Shown: in pieces, positions 50,746 to 64,000 of the stretch
How positions within the stretch are numbered: the first letter of the stretch is position 1
How the letters are laid out: each line of letters opens with the position of its first letter
Assembly: GCA_963815195.1 (NCBI GenBank)
Contig: CAWFGE010000018.1
Span: 1 to 64,000, forward strand
Source: an uncultured Planctomycetaceae bacterium
Lineage (GTDB): Bacteria; Planctomycetota; Planctomycetia; Planctomycetales; Planctomycetaceae
Direction: 5' to 3'
Length of the DNA: 64,000 bases
Translations under genes and position numbers: made by a program
The notes under the pieces: model-generated
What the model was told of the DNA's origin: nothing
The model's input: the letters and a program-made list of their open reading frames with translations, nothing else
The model's database searches: none

Positions 50746-51730
50746 TGAGATCGGCAATGGTGACCTGTCGGCGAAAGCCTCAAAACAATCCGGATCCGCC
50801 CCGGCCGGGTTTCACGCTTGTGGAACTTCTGGTGGTGATCGGCATATTGATTGTGCTGACCACGCTGACGGTCAGCATGGTCAACATCACGCAGGACGAG
50901 GACCGCGTCCGCGCCGGGGCCGCCCAGGTGCAATCGTACCTGGAAGGCGCCGCGACCGCGCGATCCATGCCAAGGAACCCCGCGGCGTGCGGCTTCTGAT
51001 GGATCCCAACATCCCCAACACCGTCAGCAGCCTGATCTACATCGGCCCGCCGGAACGGTATAAATTGGGCACGATCGCGATCAACAAACAGAACGGGCAG
51101 GTCTTCCCCGCGGGGAACGCCGGCTGGAACAACCTGCTCGCCCGCGGGCTGATCTCCAGCGGGGCGGTGCTCCGCATCGGCGAGAACGAAGCGTTCTACA
51201 CGATCCGCGTGAATTATCGCGACAATAACCCGAACAACTTCAGCCCCAACAACGTGCAGTTCTTCCTGACGAAGCAATACAACGGCCAGCAATACAGCGG
51301 GCTCGAATACGTGCTGCAACTCAATCCCACCGTGCTCCCCAACCAGGAGCCCCGCCAGTTTCCGCGGGACGTGGTCATCGATTTGAACAACAGCCGGCTG
51401 CCCGTGTCCTGGGGCACGTCGGGGGCTTACGCTCCCAACATGGACGTGCTGTTTTCGCCGCAGGGCACGGTGACGGGACTGGTGGCCTCGACCGGGGTGT
51501 TGAATTTCGTCCTGGCCGATGCCGCGGATGTCGCCCAGGGGCTCCCGGTCGGTTCGCCGAACAAGGAAGGCCAAGAGCGGGTGGTGGCGCTCCGCACGCA
51601 GACCGGGAACATCTCGGTGCATTTCGTGGATCCCACGGACAACGTCAACAACTCCAACGGGAACGCCGGCGCGGACGGGAACGCCGACGATCCCTTCCAT
51701 TTTGCCGCGATCGGAGAGGTGGCCCAATGA
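50742..51730 (+). CDS. Prepilin-type FimT/GspH-like protein (frameshift at ~50950)
   Basis: PG/FTLVELLVVIGIL; continues in ORF 50987..51730 (VLFSPQG). Confidence 0.82.
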
Positions 51731-52917
51731 AACGACGACAGCCTCGCCCGAACACTCCCTTGCCCCGCCGGGGCGGGACGACGCTCACCGAAGTGCTGAT
51801 GGCCTTATTGTGCATGGGCATCGGCGTGGTCGCGGTGGCCTCGCTGTTTCCGATCGCGCTGTTGCGGTCGGTGCAGGCCACCCAACTCACCCAGGGCACC
51901 GTCCTCCGCTACAACGCGGAAACGCTGATCGACGTGTACGACGCGATTCCCGGTCCGGGGGATACGTATCCCGCGAATGCCGCGAAATTCCGCAACCTCG
52001 TGTTGAATCCCAACTACGACGGGAATTTCTCCGAGCACTTCATCAATCCGACCGTCACAGGCAATCCGAACGTCAATCCTTACCTCGTCGATCCGTTGGG
52101 GTGGAGCATCATCAATTCGGACGGGGTCGGCACGCCCGGTTACGTCGGCAACCTCGCGCGGTACAATTTCACCATCACCACCGAAGCGGCGGCGACCAGT
52201 TTTGTCACGCTGCCCGATAGTTGGAACACGATGTACGACGCCACGTCCAATATCGCCGCTCCCTTCGCCAACACCGCGACGTCGATCACGATCCCGCCGA
52301 GTGCGGGGGTGGATCTCGCGGATGTGACCAACATCGTCGGCAGCGGCGGCTCGGTGCGGATTGTGCTGTTCAATCAGAACTTCCGGATGAGCGAAGTCCG
52401 GCCCTTGGCGCTCGCGTCCCAGATCAGCGGCAACACGATCAGTTGGACCAATCCGCTGCCGAATAACGGGCTGTATTACAACGGCACGAACGGCAACGGC
52501 CAGGTCACGCGGATTCGGATCGAGCTACAAGAGCGGCGGTATACCTGGCTGCTCACCGTGCGAAACTTTACGCCGAGCAGCGCCAGCGACGCCGCCCAAG
52601 CCCAGGCGAGCGTGGACGTGGTGATTTTTTTCAACCGGGCCCCCTCGGCTTTGGAAGAGACCGTTTTTGGTTTGAGCAAGACCGATGCCGGCGGCAATCC
52701 GCTGCCGGTCCGCGTGTACCGCGTCATCGGCACCAATCCATTTCTGAAGAAGGGCGGGTATCTGTTGGACACGGTCAACGGGACCTGGCATCGCCTGCAA
52801 AGCGTGGATGACATGAACCAGCTCATCACGCTGGAGAAGAACGCGGCGAACCCGCTGACGAAGGGCGTGTTTATGAAGGGCGTCATCGAAGTTTATCACC
52901 TGGGGACCAAGCCATGA
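51727..52917 (+). CDS. PilV-like minor pilin
   Basis: GG/TTLTEVLMALLCMGIGVVAVASLFP. Confidence 0.82.
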   Translation: MKRRQPRPNTPLPRRGGTTLTEVLMALLCMGIGVVAVASLFPIALLRSVQATQLTQGTVLRYNAETLIDVYDAIPGPGDTYPANAAKFRNLVLNPNYDGNFSEHFINPTVTGNPNVNPYLVDPLGWSIINSDGVGTPGYVGNLARYNFTITTEAAATSFVTLPDSWNTMYDATSNIAAPFANTATSITIPPSAGVDLADVTNIVGSGGSVRIVLFNQNFRMSEVRPLALASQISGNTISWTNPLPNNGLYYNGTNGNGQVTRIRIELQERRYTWLLTVRNFTPSSASDAAQAQASVDVVIFFNRAPSALEETVFGLSKTDAGGNPLPVRVYRVIGTNPFLKKGGYLLDTVNGTWHRLQSVDDMNQLITLEKNAANPLTKGVFMKGVIEVYHLGTKP

Positions 52918-54563
52918 ATCGGGTTTCGCGACGCCATCTGAAAACCCGCCGGCCCGAGCCTCTGGGCTTTACGCTGGTCGAGATGCTGGTCGCCACCGCG
53001 CTGGTGGTGGTGATGATGCTCCTGTTCGCGCAGGTGTTCCAGACGGCGAGCGGGCTGATCTCGAACCAGAAAGGCATGGCGGAGCTCGATCAGAACGTCC
53101 GCACGATGACCACGCTGCTCCGCGGCGACATCGGCCAGCGGACGTTCCGCGACATCGTCCCGTTTCCGTCCGGGCCCGGGGTCGACACCAACACGCATCC
53201 CGAGCTTATGCCTCTCCGCCGGGGATTTTTCTACATCGCCGAGAACGACTTCGACAACCCCGCCGACGATGTGCTGCACTTGACGATCAAAGTCGACGAA
53301 GGCGAAGTCCACCAGGGGGCGGCGCAATTGCCGTTCTCCGGCAAAGCGGTTCTGCTCAGACGGCCTCAGAACGCGACGCCGCCCGGCCCGCTGAATTCCG
53401 CCATCGACACCCTCGTCGAACGGAACAACTACCTTTACGGCACCAATACCCAGCCTTCGAGCCTCAACCAGCCCGAGTTCGACGATGGGCAGCTTACGAT
53501 CAACGGCACGGGGAGTTCGCGGTATGCGGAGGTCTGCTGGTTCTTGCGGAACGGCACGCTGTACCGCCGGATGATGTTGATCCGCGAACCCTACGTCACC
53601 AATCCGGGCGGCACCGAGCAACCCGAAGACGCGAACAAGAACCGCATGATCGCCGCCGATGCGACCTTCTTAGGGAGTTATACCGCGGCGAATCTCCCGC
53701 CGATCCCCGACAGCAACGGAAGCTATTGGCAAGATGCGGTCGGCCGATTCTGGTACGACTTTGATTATTCGGCCTTTCACGACCCCGTCGCGTTTGGCGG
53801 GAACGGACTGACATTTCACACCGTGACGGATGCCTTGGACAATTCCACCTCGTCGAAGAGCCTGGGCGCGTTTCCGGGCATTCCGCCGAGCTTGGGCATT
53901 CCCTGCCTGCGGTTTGGCAATTCGATCCGCCGGGCCAAGCCCACGAACAACGCCGCCGTCCCGCCGCGGGAGTTTCTCGTGGGGACGAGTCCCGGCAATT
54001 ACAACCCCGCGACCTTCATCGGCCGGTTCACGCTCCAGGAAACCGCCCATTCGAACTTCACCTATCCGAGCATCGATCCCGGCGCGACGGGCGGGCCGTT
54101 CCAAGATAGCACCGTGCTGACGCTGGGGGCGAACGGGCTCGTTTCTCAGTATTCCAACCAAGCCGGCCGGCGGGGGGAAGACATTGTGATGACCAATGTG
54201 CATTCCTTCGACATCCAAGTCTGGGACGATGGGCTTTCCATACCGGCTTGGGTGAACCTGGGCAACAACAGCGGTGCCGGATATTACAGCGCCAGCGCGA
54301 ATAAGAACCGCGCCACGTACGGCAACCGCTACGACACGTGGAACCCGAACCTGGACTTCAATCTGTCGGGCAATCCACCGTATCGGCCGGTTCCGGTAAA
54401 TCCGGTGGATGTTAACGGAGACGGTACGATTACGAACGCCGATCTGGACTTCGGTTCTGTGAACGAAGTTCCCCTCAAGGCAATTCGGATTCACATTCGG
54501 TTTTACGACCAGGGCAGCGATCAGATGCGGGATATGACGTTTACGTTTCCGCTCGCGGACTGA
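52914..54563 (+). CDS. PilW/GspJ-like minor pilin
   Basis: LG/FTLVEMLVATAL; LYRR; NVHSFDIQVWD. Confidence 0.85.
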   Translation: MNRVSRRHLKTRRPEPLGFTLVEMLVATALVVVMMLLFAQVFQTASGLISNQKGMAELDQNVRTMTTLLRGDIGQRTFRDIVPFPSGPGVDTNTHPELMPLRRGFFYIAENDFDNPADDVLHLTIKVDEGEVHQGAAQLPFSGKAVLLRRPQNATPPGPLNSAIDTLVERNNYLYGTNTQPSSLNQPEFDDGQLTINGTGSSRYAEVCWFLRNGTLYRRMMLIREPYVTNPGGTEQPEDANKNRMIAADATFLGSYTAANLPPIPDSNGSYWQDAVGRFWYDFDYSAFHDPVAFGGNGLTFHTVTDALDNSTSSKSLGAFPGIPPSLGIPCLRFGNSIRRAKPTNNAAVPPREFLVGTSPGNYNPATFIGRFTLQETAHSNFTYPSIDPGATGGPFQDSTVLTLGANGLVSQYSNQAGRRGEDIVMTNVHSFDIQVWDDGLSIPAWVNLGNNSGAGYYSASANKNRATYGNRYDTWNPNLDFNLSGNPPYRPVPVNPVDVNGDGTITNADLDFGSVNEVPLKAIRIHIRFYDQGSDQMRDMTFTFPLAD

Positions 54564-54701
54564 TTTGAAGCAAGAGGGCGGTTGATATTTCCGCCGGTTT
54601 GCGTTTGCTCGGATAAACACACAAACAACAAACAAAAAATTTCCTTTTTCCTGTGCCGGGTCGGGCCACGGCCAAAGGCAACGAAGCAGGAGCAACTCAC
54701 C

Positions 54702-57700
54702 ATGAAACGTTTTTGTTGGAACCCGCTCGCCAGGCAGACCGCGTCCGGGCCGAGGCCCAAGCACCGCGGGCGGCACGACCGCAACGGCTCGACGATTGTG
54801 GTGGTGATCGCGCTCCTGTTGGCCCTCACGTTTTTGGGGATCGTGGGTTACACCATCGGCACCCAGGAGCAGGGCAACGCCGAGTATTTCTCCGACGCCT
54901 CCCAAGCGTCGGACTTCGGCAAGTTCGGACCCGATCCCGAGGTGCTGTTCAACTGGGGCCTCCGGCAGTTCCTCACGGGCACCCGGCAGGAAGAGCGGCA
55001 AAGCGTGTTTCACGGCGGGCACTTGTCGCTCTTGGCCACGATGTACGGCCGGGACCTTGCGCCGTTTTCCGGCGAAGGCGTGCATCTGTGGACGACGCCC
55101 ACGAATGGGATCGTGGTCGATCAAAGCCATAACAACAACGGCAACTCGTCGGGGAACCCGGCGCTCATCAACATCAACCGCTCGCCCGCCGCCCAAGGGG
55201 CCGGGGGCGTCGCGCTCGATCAGTCCAACTATCCCGCCCCCGACGTGGGCTACAACTATTGGGACGTCAACAGCCCCTATCTCGCCCACGTCAACAATCC
55301 CGACCCGGCCCATTCCGCCGAATGGCGGGTGGTGGGCAACGTGGGCCAGACCGCGCCGGTCAACCTGCCTTCGTTCCACCGGCCGCAGTATCTCCGCTCC
55401 ACCGGCGTCTCGCCCGATCAGTGGTACATCGATCCGAGCACGCAGACGCGGACACTCCGGCCGCACGTCGAGCACCGCGTCGTTGCGCCCAACGGCGTGG
55501 TCACGAACATTCGCCGCTTCGTGAGCCCTCAATACCCGCAGCCCGGGACTGAACCCGTTCCCGTTCAACGCCAACACCGGCCCGCAATTGAACACCGACA
55601 ACAACCCTCTGAACGACGGCGTCTGGGACGGGGTCTGGGCGGACCCGATGAGCGTGCAGAACGTCAGCTACGATGCCGACCCCGACGGCGACGGCTTCAA
55701 CGAAGCCATCTGGCTCGATTTGGGCTTCCCGGTGCAAATCCGCGAGAACCCCGACGGCACGGTCACCAAGTTCGTGCCCATGTTCGCCATGACGATCACA
55801 GACGCCGACGCCCTGTTGAACCTCAACGCCCACGGCAACGTGTACGGCGTGACGGCGTTCAACAACGCCTTCGGGACGTTCGGCCCGCTCGGACCGGGAC
55901 CGGACGGCCAATACGGCACGCCGGACGACGACCTGCGGTACGCGTCGCAGTCGAACCAGGGCGTGGCCGCTTCCGAAGTCAACCCGCAATGGGGGATGAC
56001 GGCGAACACCGGCGAAGGTCCCACGGCTCAGCACCAGAGGTTCTATGGGAATGCTCCGCAGAGTACCATCGAACTGGCCAACATGGAGTGGTGGTGGCTC
56101 ACGGCGGGCCGGGCCGACTTGGACGCGACGAACAACATCCAAAACCTCTACGAAGGTCGGTTTGGCGAAGTCGATCAGTTGAACGCTTCCATCGGGTCGG
56201 CCAATCCCTTCCAATTTCCCTCGGCCGGAAGTTCCTTCGGATTGTACCCCAGCCCGGGCAACTTCAACGTGTCGAATCCGAATCATCTGCTGACGGACGA
56301 CAACCTCACGGCCCAAACGGGCGGGACCTACAACGGGCTGGGGATTCTCTTCCCGGCCGCGTTGACGTTCCCCAGTTGGCAGCAGCCCTTGGACCTGCAC
56401 GGCAGCGGCCGCTTCACCGCGACCATGAACCGCAACAACCCCAGCCAGGCGGTTCTCTTGGGAAAGAAACGCCTGACCAGCAACGCCGGCCAGCACATCT
56501 GGCCCGCGTATGGGAATTATCAAGACACCCACGAAGTCGGGTTGTACGCGAACGCGAGCACGCGGTTTCTGCTGCCGAACTACACGCTCCGCTACGATGT
56601 GGACGAACCGGAAGAAACGATTCTCGAGCCGGAGTATGCCCGCAGCGATTACGATTCGATTTACGGGGCCGGCGAATTCGCGACGCTGCATCTCGCGCAG
56701 CCCGATCAGGACATCCTGGGGCTGAGCGGCCGGTTGCGGGACCTGGCTCCGCTCAACTTCGACGGGGCCAACGTGACCCAGACGGAAGAACGCCGCCGCC
56801 GCTTCACCCCGGCCAGTTGGGACCTCAAAGCCTTCGGGATGACGAGTTACAACACCGGGTTCGCTCCCAATGCGGCCCGGACTTGGGAGTTCCCGACAAA
56901 TGGAACTTTCCCGCCCGCGTCCGCCCTCGGATTGTTTCGTGGCCCCGTGCAACAATTGCTAAGGGGCGAAGCGCCTACGAATCCGAATAACTTACATAAC
57001 CTGAACATGCGGAAGCTGAGCATCAATCATCTTTGCGACTTCGATTATCCCGCCTCGGCCCAGCCGAACGTGATCTTCCGCCCGCTCACCCCGCATCCGG
57101 CCGGATTGGGGCCTGCCCCGGTCAACAACCAGACCGGCATGACGATCAATTCCCGGCCCATCAATATCAGCACGCCCTACGATCAGGAATGGTTCGCCCG
57201 CCGGGATCGGCAGCAACTCGCCCGGGACATTTACACGCTCCTGTATCTCTTCGGCGGCGGCAACGATGCCATGAATTATGCGAACACGCCGAATCCCTAC
57301 AGCACGGCTCCGGATCTCAACGGCGACAACATCCCGGACATCCTCAAAGACATGGCCCAGTTCGCCGTCAACGCCGTGGACCGCATGGATCAGGACAACG
57401 TGGTGACGATGTTCGAATTCGACATCAACCTCGCCAACGGTTGGAACCTGGACGATGATCCCTACACGAACTCCACCACCAGCCCGACGCCCGGCTATCC
57501 CTCGACCGATGCCCCGAACGCCGGGATAGCCAGCGGACAGCGGGGCGTGGTTTACGGCGTGGAAGAGCAGGAAATGGCGCTCAACGAAGCGCAAATCATC
57601 TTTGCCAAGCGGGTGCTCGAAGCCGGCAATCCCAAAAACCACGACGCTACGGAATGGGACGACTCGCAAAACCGCGATTTCACCTACATCGAATTGGAAA

Positions 57701-59718
57701 ACACCTCGCGGCAGAACGTCAACTTCAACAACGAAAGCTGGCAGATCGTCGTCCGCCCGCCCGCGACCGCCACGACGAACAGCGGCTCGGCGATCACGGG
57801 CGAAGAACGCCGATTGACCTTCACGGCGAATCATCCCGGCATTCCCTGGGGTGTGAACGCGAACTACCTCGTGGGCACCGCGGGCGACAACCAGAACATG
57901 GGCAGCCCGCCCGGGATGTCGGTGGTGGAAAGCGAATTCCGCGTCAACCGGAACTATAAGACCGGGATCTCGGATCCGATGGACCCCGAATACGACTCGA
58001 ACCCGCAGGCGTCCACCACGGTTCGCCACCAGCGAATCTCGCCCCGCGACGGGATCGACATGGACCTGATTCTGACGAACCAAAGCTTCTACCGCATCAA
58101 TCAGCCGGGCGGGGCCAACAACTACGGCGAAGGCCCAAAGATCACGTCGACGCCCGCCGGCAGCGACTTGTTCCATCTGAACGAGCCCCCGAATGGGGAC
58201 GATCTTTCCGAGTTGGACGACCGCGCGCAGACGCTCAACGTGGAGATCGAACTCCGCCGCCGGTTGAATCCCTTAAGGCAGCCGGTGACGACCTACACCT
58301 CGAACGCGATGACCCACGAGCAGGAAACGCGGGACAACCCGTGGATCATCGTGGACAAGGTCACCGTGCCGCTGGACGTGTTCACGCTGAACTCGACGGA
58401 TCAATACATGAAAATCCGCGCCCAATTGGACACGATGCGGACCATCGAACGCCAAGAGCCGTTGATCCGCCAGAACAGCACCGGCCTCGTATCTAAGACG
58501 CCGATCCCGTTCATCCAGACGATTCCCTCACCACTGACCGGGCATTGGGTTAACAACAGCCTGGGCTATCCGAACATCCTCGGGAAGCCGGCTTACATTC
58601 CGCCGGGGGCGACTTATCAACAGTTTACGCAGTACCAGCCGCTGTTCAACCGGGAATACGGCTCGGCGATGGAGCTGCTTTCCCTGCCTCTCTATGGGCC
58701 GGACGACACCACGCAGTACCTGGCCCAAAGCGAATACGGACCGGGCGGCATCGGACCGGCGGCGCGGCCGGTGATCGCGGCGAATCTGTTTACTAATCCC
58801 CAGTTCCCCAACACCGGCCAAGTGGAAACCGGGAACCGCTGGTATCGGTTGTTCGAGTTTGTGGAAGTGCCGGACCGCTCGCATCGGCATCCGGAATTGA
58901 ACGCGGCCGGGAACCTGATCCGCGAGCCGTTCGTCCAGAGCGTGGGGAATCGGTTCACCAATCCCGAACGCTTCTACCGCCGGCCGGGGCGGATCAATTT
59001 GAACACGCTCCGCCATGCCGAAGTCCTGGGCGGCCTGCTCGACGATCCGGAAGTCGTGCAACTGAACCTCGGGAACCCCAACCAGTTTCTCCCGGACCAG
59101 AGCGCGGGCACCGGCAGCGGATCGGCCCGCGACTGGTGGGTGCAGTTTGTACAGGCCCGCGATGGGGTCGATCCGGTCTCGGGCATGATCCTGCCGGGAC
59201 TTCCCGCGTCTTCGAATCCCCAATTTGGATCCCGGCCGTTCCTCCCGTTCAGCTATTCCGCCGACGGCGTGACCAGCGTCCAAAACACGATCTTCCGCAC
59301 GCTGCCCTTGGACAACGGCCAGCCCAATCCCCGCACGCTGTTCGAGCTGGGCAACCAAACCCAACAGGTGGACCACTCGGTGAAGTACCGCATGCTGGAA
59401 AAGGTGGCGAACAACTCGACCATCCGCAGCAACGTGTTCATCATGTTCATCCAGGTGGACTTCTTCCAGGCGGTGGAAGTCCTGGATCCGAACACGGGGT
59501 TCAACGTGGCCCGCGTGGGGGCGAAGCTCACGGACTCTCCGGGCTATCGGGGCTTCTACGTGATCGACCGCTCCAAGGCGAGAAACGTGATGTCCTCGCA
59601 GGATTTCCAATACCAGAGTTTCACCGACCCGGTGGACGGGAACAACAAAACCAACTTCAGTTTCGATCCCAACTTCGATTTCAACTCGCTGATCCTGCAT
59701 CGGCAGACGATCAACTGA
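54702..59718 (+). CDS. Very large PilX/GspK-like protein (~1670 aa; frameshift at ~55545)
   Basis: NG/STIVVVIALLLAL (no Glu5); DADALLNLN, GRINLNT, TIRSNVF motifs. Confidence 0.78.
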
Positions 59719-60055
59719 CCGGGGGAACCCTGAAAAAAATCCCCAAAACTGGCGTGCAAATTGCGAATTTTTGTTAAGATGAAAGGAGAGAACCTTGAAA
59801 TATGCCGCTCACTTTTAGAACATGAAATCCCCATCCTAAGAGAAATTCAACCGACGTGGGTGGTCCAGCCCGGACCGCCTTCCCCAAGTCGCAATCAAAT
59901 CCAGGGCCAGCGTTGAAGGGCGATTGCGGACGTCACCTGTTTTCCCAGGGCCGTTGTTTCGTCTCCCGTGTTGAGAGCGAAACAGTTCCACCTTCGAACC
60001 AACACGAAAGACGCATCGAACTCACCCCGCATTTCCTAGCTGAACGAGGATCATC

Positions 60056-61089
60056 ATGAAGGCTTGTCGCAAATCCATTCGTCCCCAACGCCAATCCTCC
60101 CGCCGGGGATTCACGCTGATCGAACTCTTGGTGGTGATTTCGATCATCGCCGTCATCATGTCGCTGATTCTGCCGAGCATCCAGGCGGCCCGCGAAAACG
60201 CCCGCCGGCTGCAATGCATGAACAACATGAAAAATATGGGGATCGCCTTCGAGGGCTTCGCCACCAGCCACGACGGGCAATTCCCGTTTATGAATGACGC
60301 CGTGACCACTCCCCCGGTCAGTGCCACAAATACGACGCAATTGGCGACCGGTTGGCCCGTGCAGATCTTGAATGCCCTGGATGAAACGGCCTTAGACCGG
60401 CAAACCAACACCAATGCCCAAAACGGAGTGAATCCGCCGGTCCCCTTGGTCCAGCTACCCGTTTACCAATGCCCGGACGACCAGAACAACTTCTCGGTAC
60501 CGGGCGGCTTGAGCTATCAGGTCAACGGCGGGCTGTTCAGCAGCAACAGCGCCGCGCGCCGGGCAATCCCGCGGCCGCGTCCACGGCGATTGGCGCCGCA
60601 TCCCCTTCCGCCGCGCTCGGGTATAAACTCGGCGTAATGTTTCAACGAATTAGTGCGGGCAAAAATTTAGTTACATTGGACCGTCTCCACAATGGCGACG
60701 GCGTGGGCGCGACGATTCTTATGGCGGAAAACTCTGGGAATACTCCTGCCCGGTTGTTTAACTCGACCTCTGCTTCGCAACTTGCATTTGGCGTGGACGT
60801 CACACAAGTCACGCCGTCATTCTCGGGCGGCAACTTGAGCAATGTCAGTACGATCAGCACCCTGGGGGCGTCCAAACCCAACGTCAACAGTGTCTCGGGC
60901 ACGGCGATTACAACAGCTCAGCAGAGCAATCGCCCGTCATCGAATCACCCGGACCTGATCGTCGTCGTCATGTGCGACGGCACGGCGCGCACGGTCAATG
61001 AGTCCATTAATTCCTCGGTTTGGGTCCGGTTGCTGACCTCCGACGGTGGTCGGCTGGGTGAAGGCATTCTCGACAAGGGCAGCTTCTAA
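60056..61089 (+). CDS. DUF1559-family prepilin-like protein (frameshift at ~60560)
   Basis: [14 protein letters not shown]...[27 protein letters not shown]...MCDG. Confidence 0.9.
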
Positions 61090-61117
61090 GAGTTTGATCG
61101 CGGTCTTTCGTGAACAA

Positions 61118-61154
61118 AAACCCCCGGCTTGCGGTTTCGCAACGCCGGGGGTTT
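61118..61154. terminator. Probable bidirectional intrinsic terminator
   Basis: aaacccccggc...gccgggggttt hairpin between convergent genes. Confidence 0.65.
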
Positions 61155-61289
61155 GGTTTTGCGCGGAAACAGTCGAGCGAATTATTCGAAAGCGATGAGC
61201 ATGGCACCCATCAAAAAAGATCAATCCACTTTCGTTTCGGTTTAATAACTCCCTCGCTTGCGCTGCGGGCGAATCCGGCGAATCCTTGC

Positions 61290-64000
61290 TTAGGATTTGG
61301 CCAGGTCGCGGAGGACTTTGTGCAGGATGCCGCCGTTTCTGTAGTATTCGATCTCGATGGGGGTGTCGATGCGGCACTTCGTGGTGAAGCGGGTTTCGCT
61401 GCCGTCGGCTTTGGTGGCGGTGACTTCGACCGCCTGGCCGGGCTTCAAGTCGTCGGAAAGGGCGATGTCGAAGGTTTCGGTGCCGTCGAGTTCCAGCACC
61501 TCGCGGTTCTCGCCTTCGCGGAACTGCAGCGGCAACACGCCCATGCCCACCAGGTTCGAGCGGTGGATGCGTTCGTAAGACGCCGCGAGCACGGCTTTGA
61601 TCCCCAGGAGATAAGTGCCCTTGGCGGCCCAATCGCGCGAGGAGCCGGTGCCATATTCGGCCCCCGCCAAAACGACCAGCGGCGTGCCGGCCTGTTGGTA
61701 TTTCATCGCGGCATCGTAGATCGAAGTCTGCTCGCTGGTGGGAAGATATTGCGTCACGCTGCCTTCGGTGCCGGGGCAGAGCTGGTTCTTGAGGCGGATG
61801 TTGGCGAAAGTGCCGCGGGTCATCACGCGGTCGTTGCCCCGCCGGCTGCCGTAACTGTTGAAGTCCACCGGCTCGACGCCCCGCTCCTGGAGATATTTCC
61901 CGGCCGGCGAATCGGGCTTGATCGCTCCCGCGGGGCTGATGTGGTCCGTGGTCACCGAATCCCCCACCATCACCAACACGCGGGCCTCCGAGATGGACGA
62001 AATCGGCTGAGGCTCCGCCGGCATGTCGACGAAGAACGGCGGCTCTTGCACGTAGGTGCTCGATTCCTGCCAGTCGTAGAGGTCGCCCGTGCTGCTTTGG
62101 ATGCTCTGCCATTCCGGCGGGCCCTCGGTGGCTTTGGAGTATTCCGTGTGGAACATCTCCGGCGACATCGAGGAGGCGACCGTCTCGGCGATTTCCTTCT
62201 GTGACGGCCAGATGTCGGACAGGTACACGTCGTTCCCGGCGGCGTCCTGGCCCAGCGGCTCGTGCGTCAGGTCGATGTCCGTGGTGCCCGCGAGCGCATA
62301 GGCGACGACCAAGGGCGGGCTGGCGAGATAGTTCGCTTTGACCTGCTGGTTGATCCGGCCTTCAAAGTTCCGGTTCCCCGAGAGCACCGCCGAGACGACG
62401 AGATCGTGCTCGGCGACGGCTTGGGAGACGGGATCGGGCAAGGGGCCGCTGTTGCCGATGCAGGTCGTGCAGCCGTAGCCGACGGTTTGAAACCCCAGCG
62501 CGTCGAGCGACTTGTCGAGCCCCGACCGCTTGAGGTAATCGGTGACAACCCGGCTGCCGGGGGCCAGGCTGGATTTGACCCAGGGCTTCCGCTTTAGGCC
62601 TTTGGCGACGGCATTCCGCGCGACGAGACCCGCACCGATCATCACGGAAGGATTGCTGGTGTTCGTGCAGCTGGTGATGGCCGCGATCACGACCGCCCCG
62701 TGCTTGAGCAAGCCTTGTTCGCCGTCGATTTCGATCGGCACGCCTTCCAAGCCGGGGTCATCGGCCACAGCAACGGTTTCGCCGTTGGGCAACCCGCCCT
62801 CGGCCGTCATCGACTCCGTGGTGGAATCTTTCGCGGGCGTGCTCTTGCCGAACAGGTTCCTGAGGTCCTGCTCCCATTGGCTCTTCATGGCGGAGAGCAC
62901 GATCCGGTCCTGCGGGCGTTTGGGGCCGGCCATTGAAGGCTCGACGGTGGACATGTCCAATCCCAAGCGGCTCGAGAACCGCGGCTCGGGAGAATCGGCC
63001 GTGCGGAACAGCCCCTGCTCTTTGTAATACCGCTCGACCAGATCGACCTGCTCGGGCTTGCGTCCGGTCTTGCGGAGGTAGGTCAGCGTTTCCTCATCGA
63101 CGGGGAAGAAGCCCATCGTCGCCCCGTATTCGGGAGCCATGTTCGCGAGCGTCGCCCGGTCGGCAAGGGTCATGTGACCGAGGCCGGGGCCGAAGAATTC
63201 CACGAACTTCCCGACGACGCCGTGGGCCCGGAGCATTTGCGTCACGGTGAGGACGAGGTCCGTCGCGGTCGCGCCTTCGGGCAGTTCGCCGGTGAGTTTG
63301 AAGCCCACGACTTCGGGCGTGAGCATGTAAATCGGCTGGCCGAGCATCACCGCCTCGGCTTCGATCCCGCCCACGCCCCAGCCGACCACGCCGAGGCCGT
63401 TGATCATCGTGGTATGGCTGTCGGTGCCGACGAGGCTGTCGGGATACGCGACGCCGTCGGTCGTGAGCACGACCTGGGCGAGGTATTCGAGGTTTACCTG
63501 GTGCACGATCCCCGTCGCCGGCGGCACGACGCGGAAGTTGTCGAACGCCTGCTGCCCCCACCGCAGGAATTGATACCGCTCCTGGTTCCGCTCGAATTCT
63601 TTTTGCACGTTGAACCCGAGGGCTTCGAGCGAAGCGAATTGATCGACCTGCACCGAGTGGTCGATCACCAGGTCGCAGGGGACGAGGGGATTGATCTTTT
63701 TGGGATCGCCGCCCATCCGCACCATCGCGCTTCTGAGCGCCGCGAGGTCGACCACCGCGGGGACGCCGGTGAAATCCTGCAAAACGACCCGGCCCGGCTT
63801 GAAGGGCACTTCGACTTGTTTTGGAGCCTTGGCGTTCCACTCGGCGAGGTTGACGACGTCTTCCTCGTTCACCACAAACCCGTCCACGTTCCGCAGGCAG
63901 GCTTCCAAGAGCACGCGGATGGAATAAGGCAGCGTGGGAATGTCGCCGACGTTCTGATCGATCAGGGACTTCAGCCGGTAAATCGTCACGTCGCCTTGGG
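61290..64000 (-). CDS. acnA: Aconitate hydratase A (5' end outside the window)
   Basis: [59 protein letters not shown]. Confidence 0.98.
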   Translation of the reverse strand, partial: QGDVTIYRLKSLIDQNVGDIPTLPYSIRVLLEACLRNVDGFVVNEEDVVNLAEWNAKAPKQVEVPFKPGRVVLQDFTGVPAVVDLAALRSAMVRMGGDPKKINPLVPCDLVIDHSVQVDQFASLEALGFNVQKEFERNQERYQFLRWGQQAFDNFRVVPPATGIVHQVNLEYLAQVVLTTDGVAYPDSLVGTDSHTTMINGLGVVGWGVGGIEAEAVMLGQPIYMLTPEVVGFKLTGELPEGATATDLVLTVTQMLRAHGVVGKFVEFFGPGLGHMTLADRATLANMAPEYGATMGFFPVDEETLTYLRKTGRKPEQVDLVERYYKEQGLFRTADSPEPRFSSRLGLDMSTVEPSMAGPKRPQDRIVLSAMKSQWEQDLRNLFGKSTPAKDSTTESMTAEGGLPNGETVAVADDPGLEGVPIEIDGEQGLLKHGAVVIAAITSCTNTSNPSVMIGAGLVARNAVAKGLKRKPWVKSSLAPGSRVVTDYLKRSGLDKSLDALGFQTVGYGCTTCIGNSGPLPDPVSQAVAEHDLVVSAVLSGNRNFEGRINQQVKANYLASPPLVVAYALAGTTDIDLTHEPLGQDAAGNDVYLSDIWPSQKEIAETVASSMSPEMFHTEYSKATEGPPEWQSIQSSTGDLYDWQESSTYVQEPPFFVDMPAEPQPISSISEARVLVMVGDSVTTDHISPAGAIKPDSPAGKYLQERGVEPVDFNSYGSRRGNDRVMTRGTFANIRLKNQLCPGTEGSVTQYLPTSEQTSIYDAAMKYQQAGTPLVVLAGAEYGTGSSRDWAAKGTYLLGIKAVLAASYERIHRSNLVGMGVLPLQFREGENREVLELDGTETFDIALSDDLKPGQAVEVTATKADGSETRFTTKCRIDTPIEIEYYRNGGILHKVLRDLAKS

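Noticed and set aside
41955..61089. About nine frameshifts in pil genes as phase variation, programmed recoding or pseudogenisation
   Set aside because: Isolated indels without slippery or SSR context, no in-frame stops, and the same pattern in cas1 and the Hcp gene. Long-read error is the simpler explanation; needs read-level confirmation.
36399..63840. Long antisense or alternate-frame ORFs (e.g. 36399..37922, 45276..46802, 53670..55604, 61110..62204)
   Set aside because: Shadow ORFs of high-GC coding genes in another frame or on the other strand.

Overview
A Planctomycetota-like (Planctomycetaceae-type) genomic window with four parts. (1) 1-16.2 kb: a complete type I-B/MYXAN (Cmx8/DevR/DevS) CRISPR-Cas locus on the minus strand: WYL regulator, ECF-sigma-like gene, cas6-cas3-cas8-cas7-cas5-cas4/1-cas2, leader and a ~77-repeat array. 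A hidden repeat-spacer-repeat mini-array has a spacer that matches the putative cas operon promoter next to an ATG PAM. (2) 17.9-27 kb: a large secreted protein with six tandem Hcp (T6SS tube)-like domains inserted into one Ig-like domain, divergent from an ECF sigma/Ser-Thr kinase pair with which it shares a 37-bp promoter-like motif. (3) 28-36 kb: nested mobile elements. An IS21 sits in an IS3-like transposase gene, two large-serine-recombinase (LSR) elements are integrated in its istB, and one of them is truncated by another IS3. Circularisation of the intact LSR element would create the start codon of its accessory gene. (4) 36.5-64 kb: housekeeping-type genes, a type IV pilus/T2SS-like cluster (pilB, pilT, pilB, pilC, seven pilin-like genes) and acnA. 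Many single-base frameshifts suggest long-read indel errors. All family calls are by motif recognition; no database search was run.
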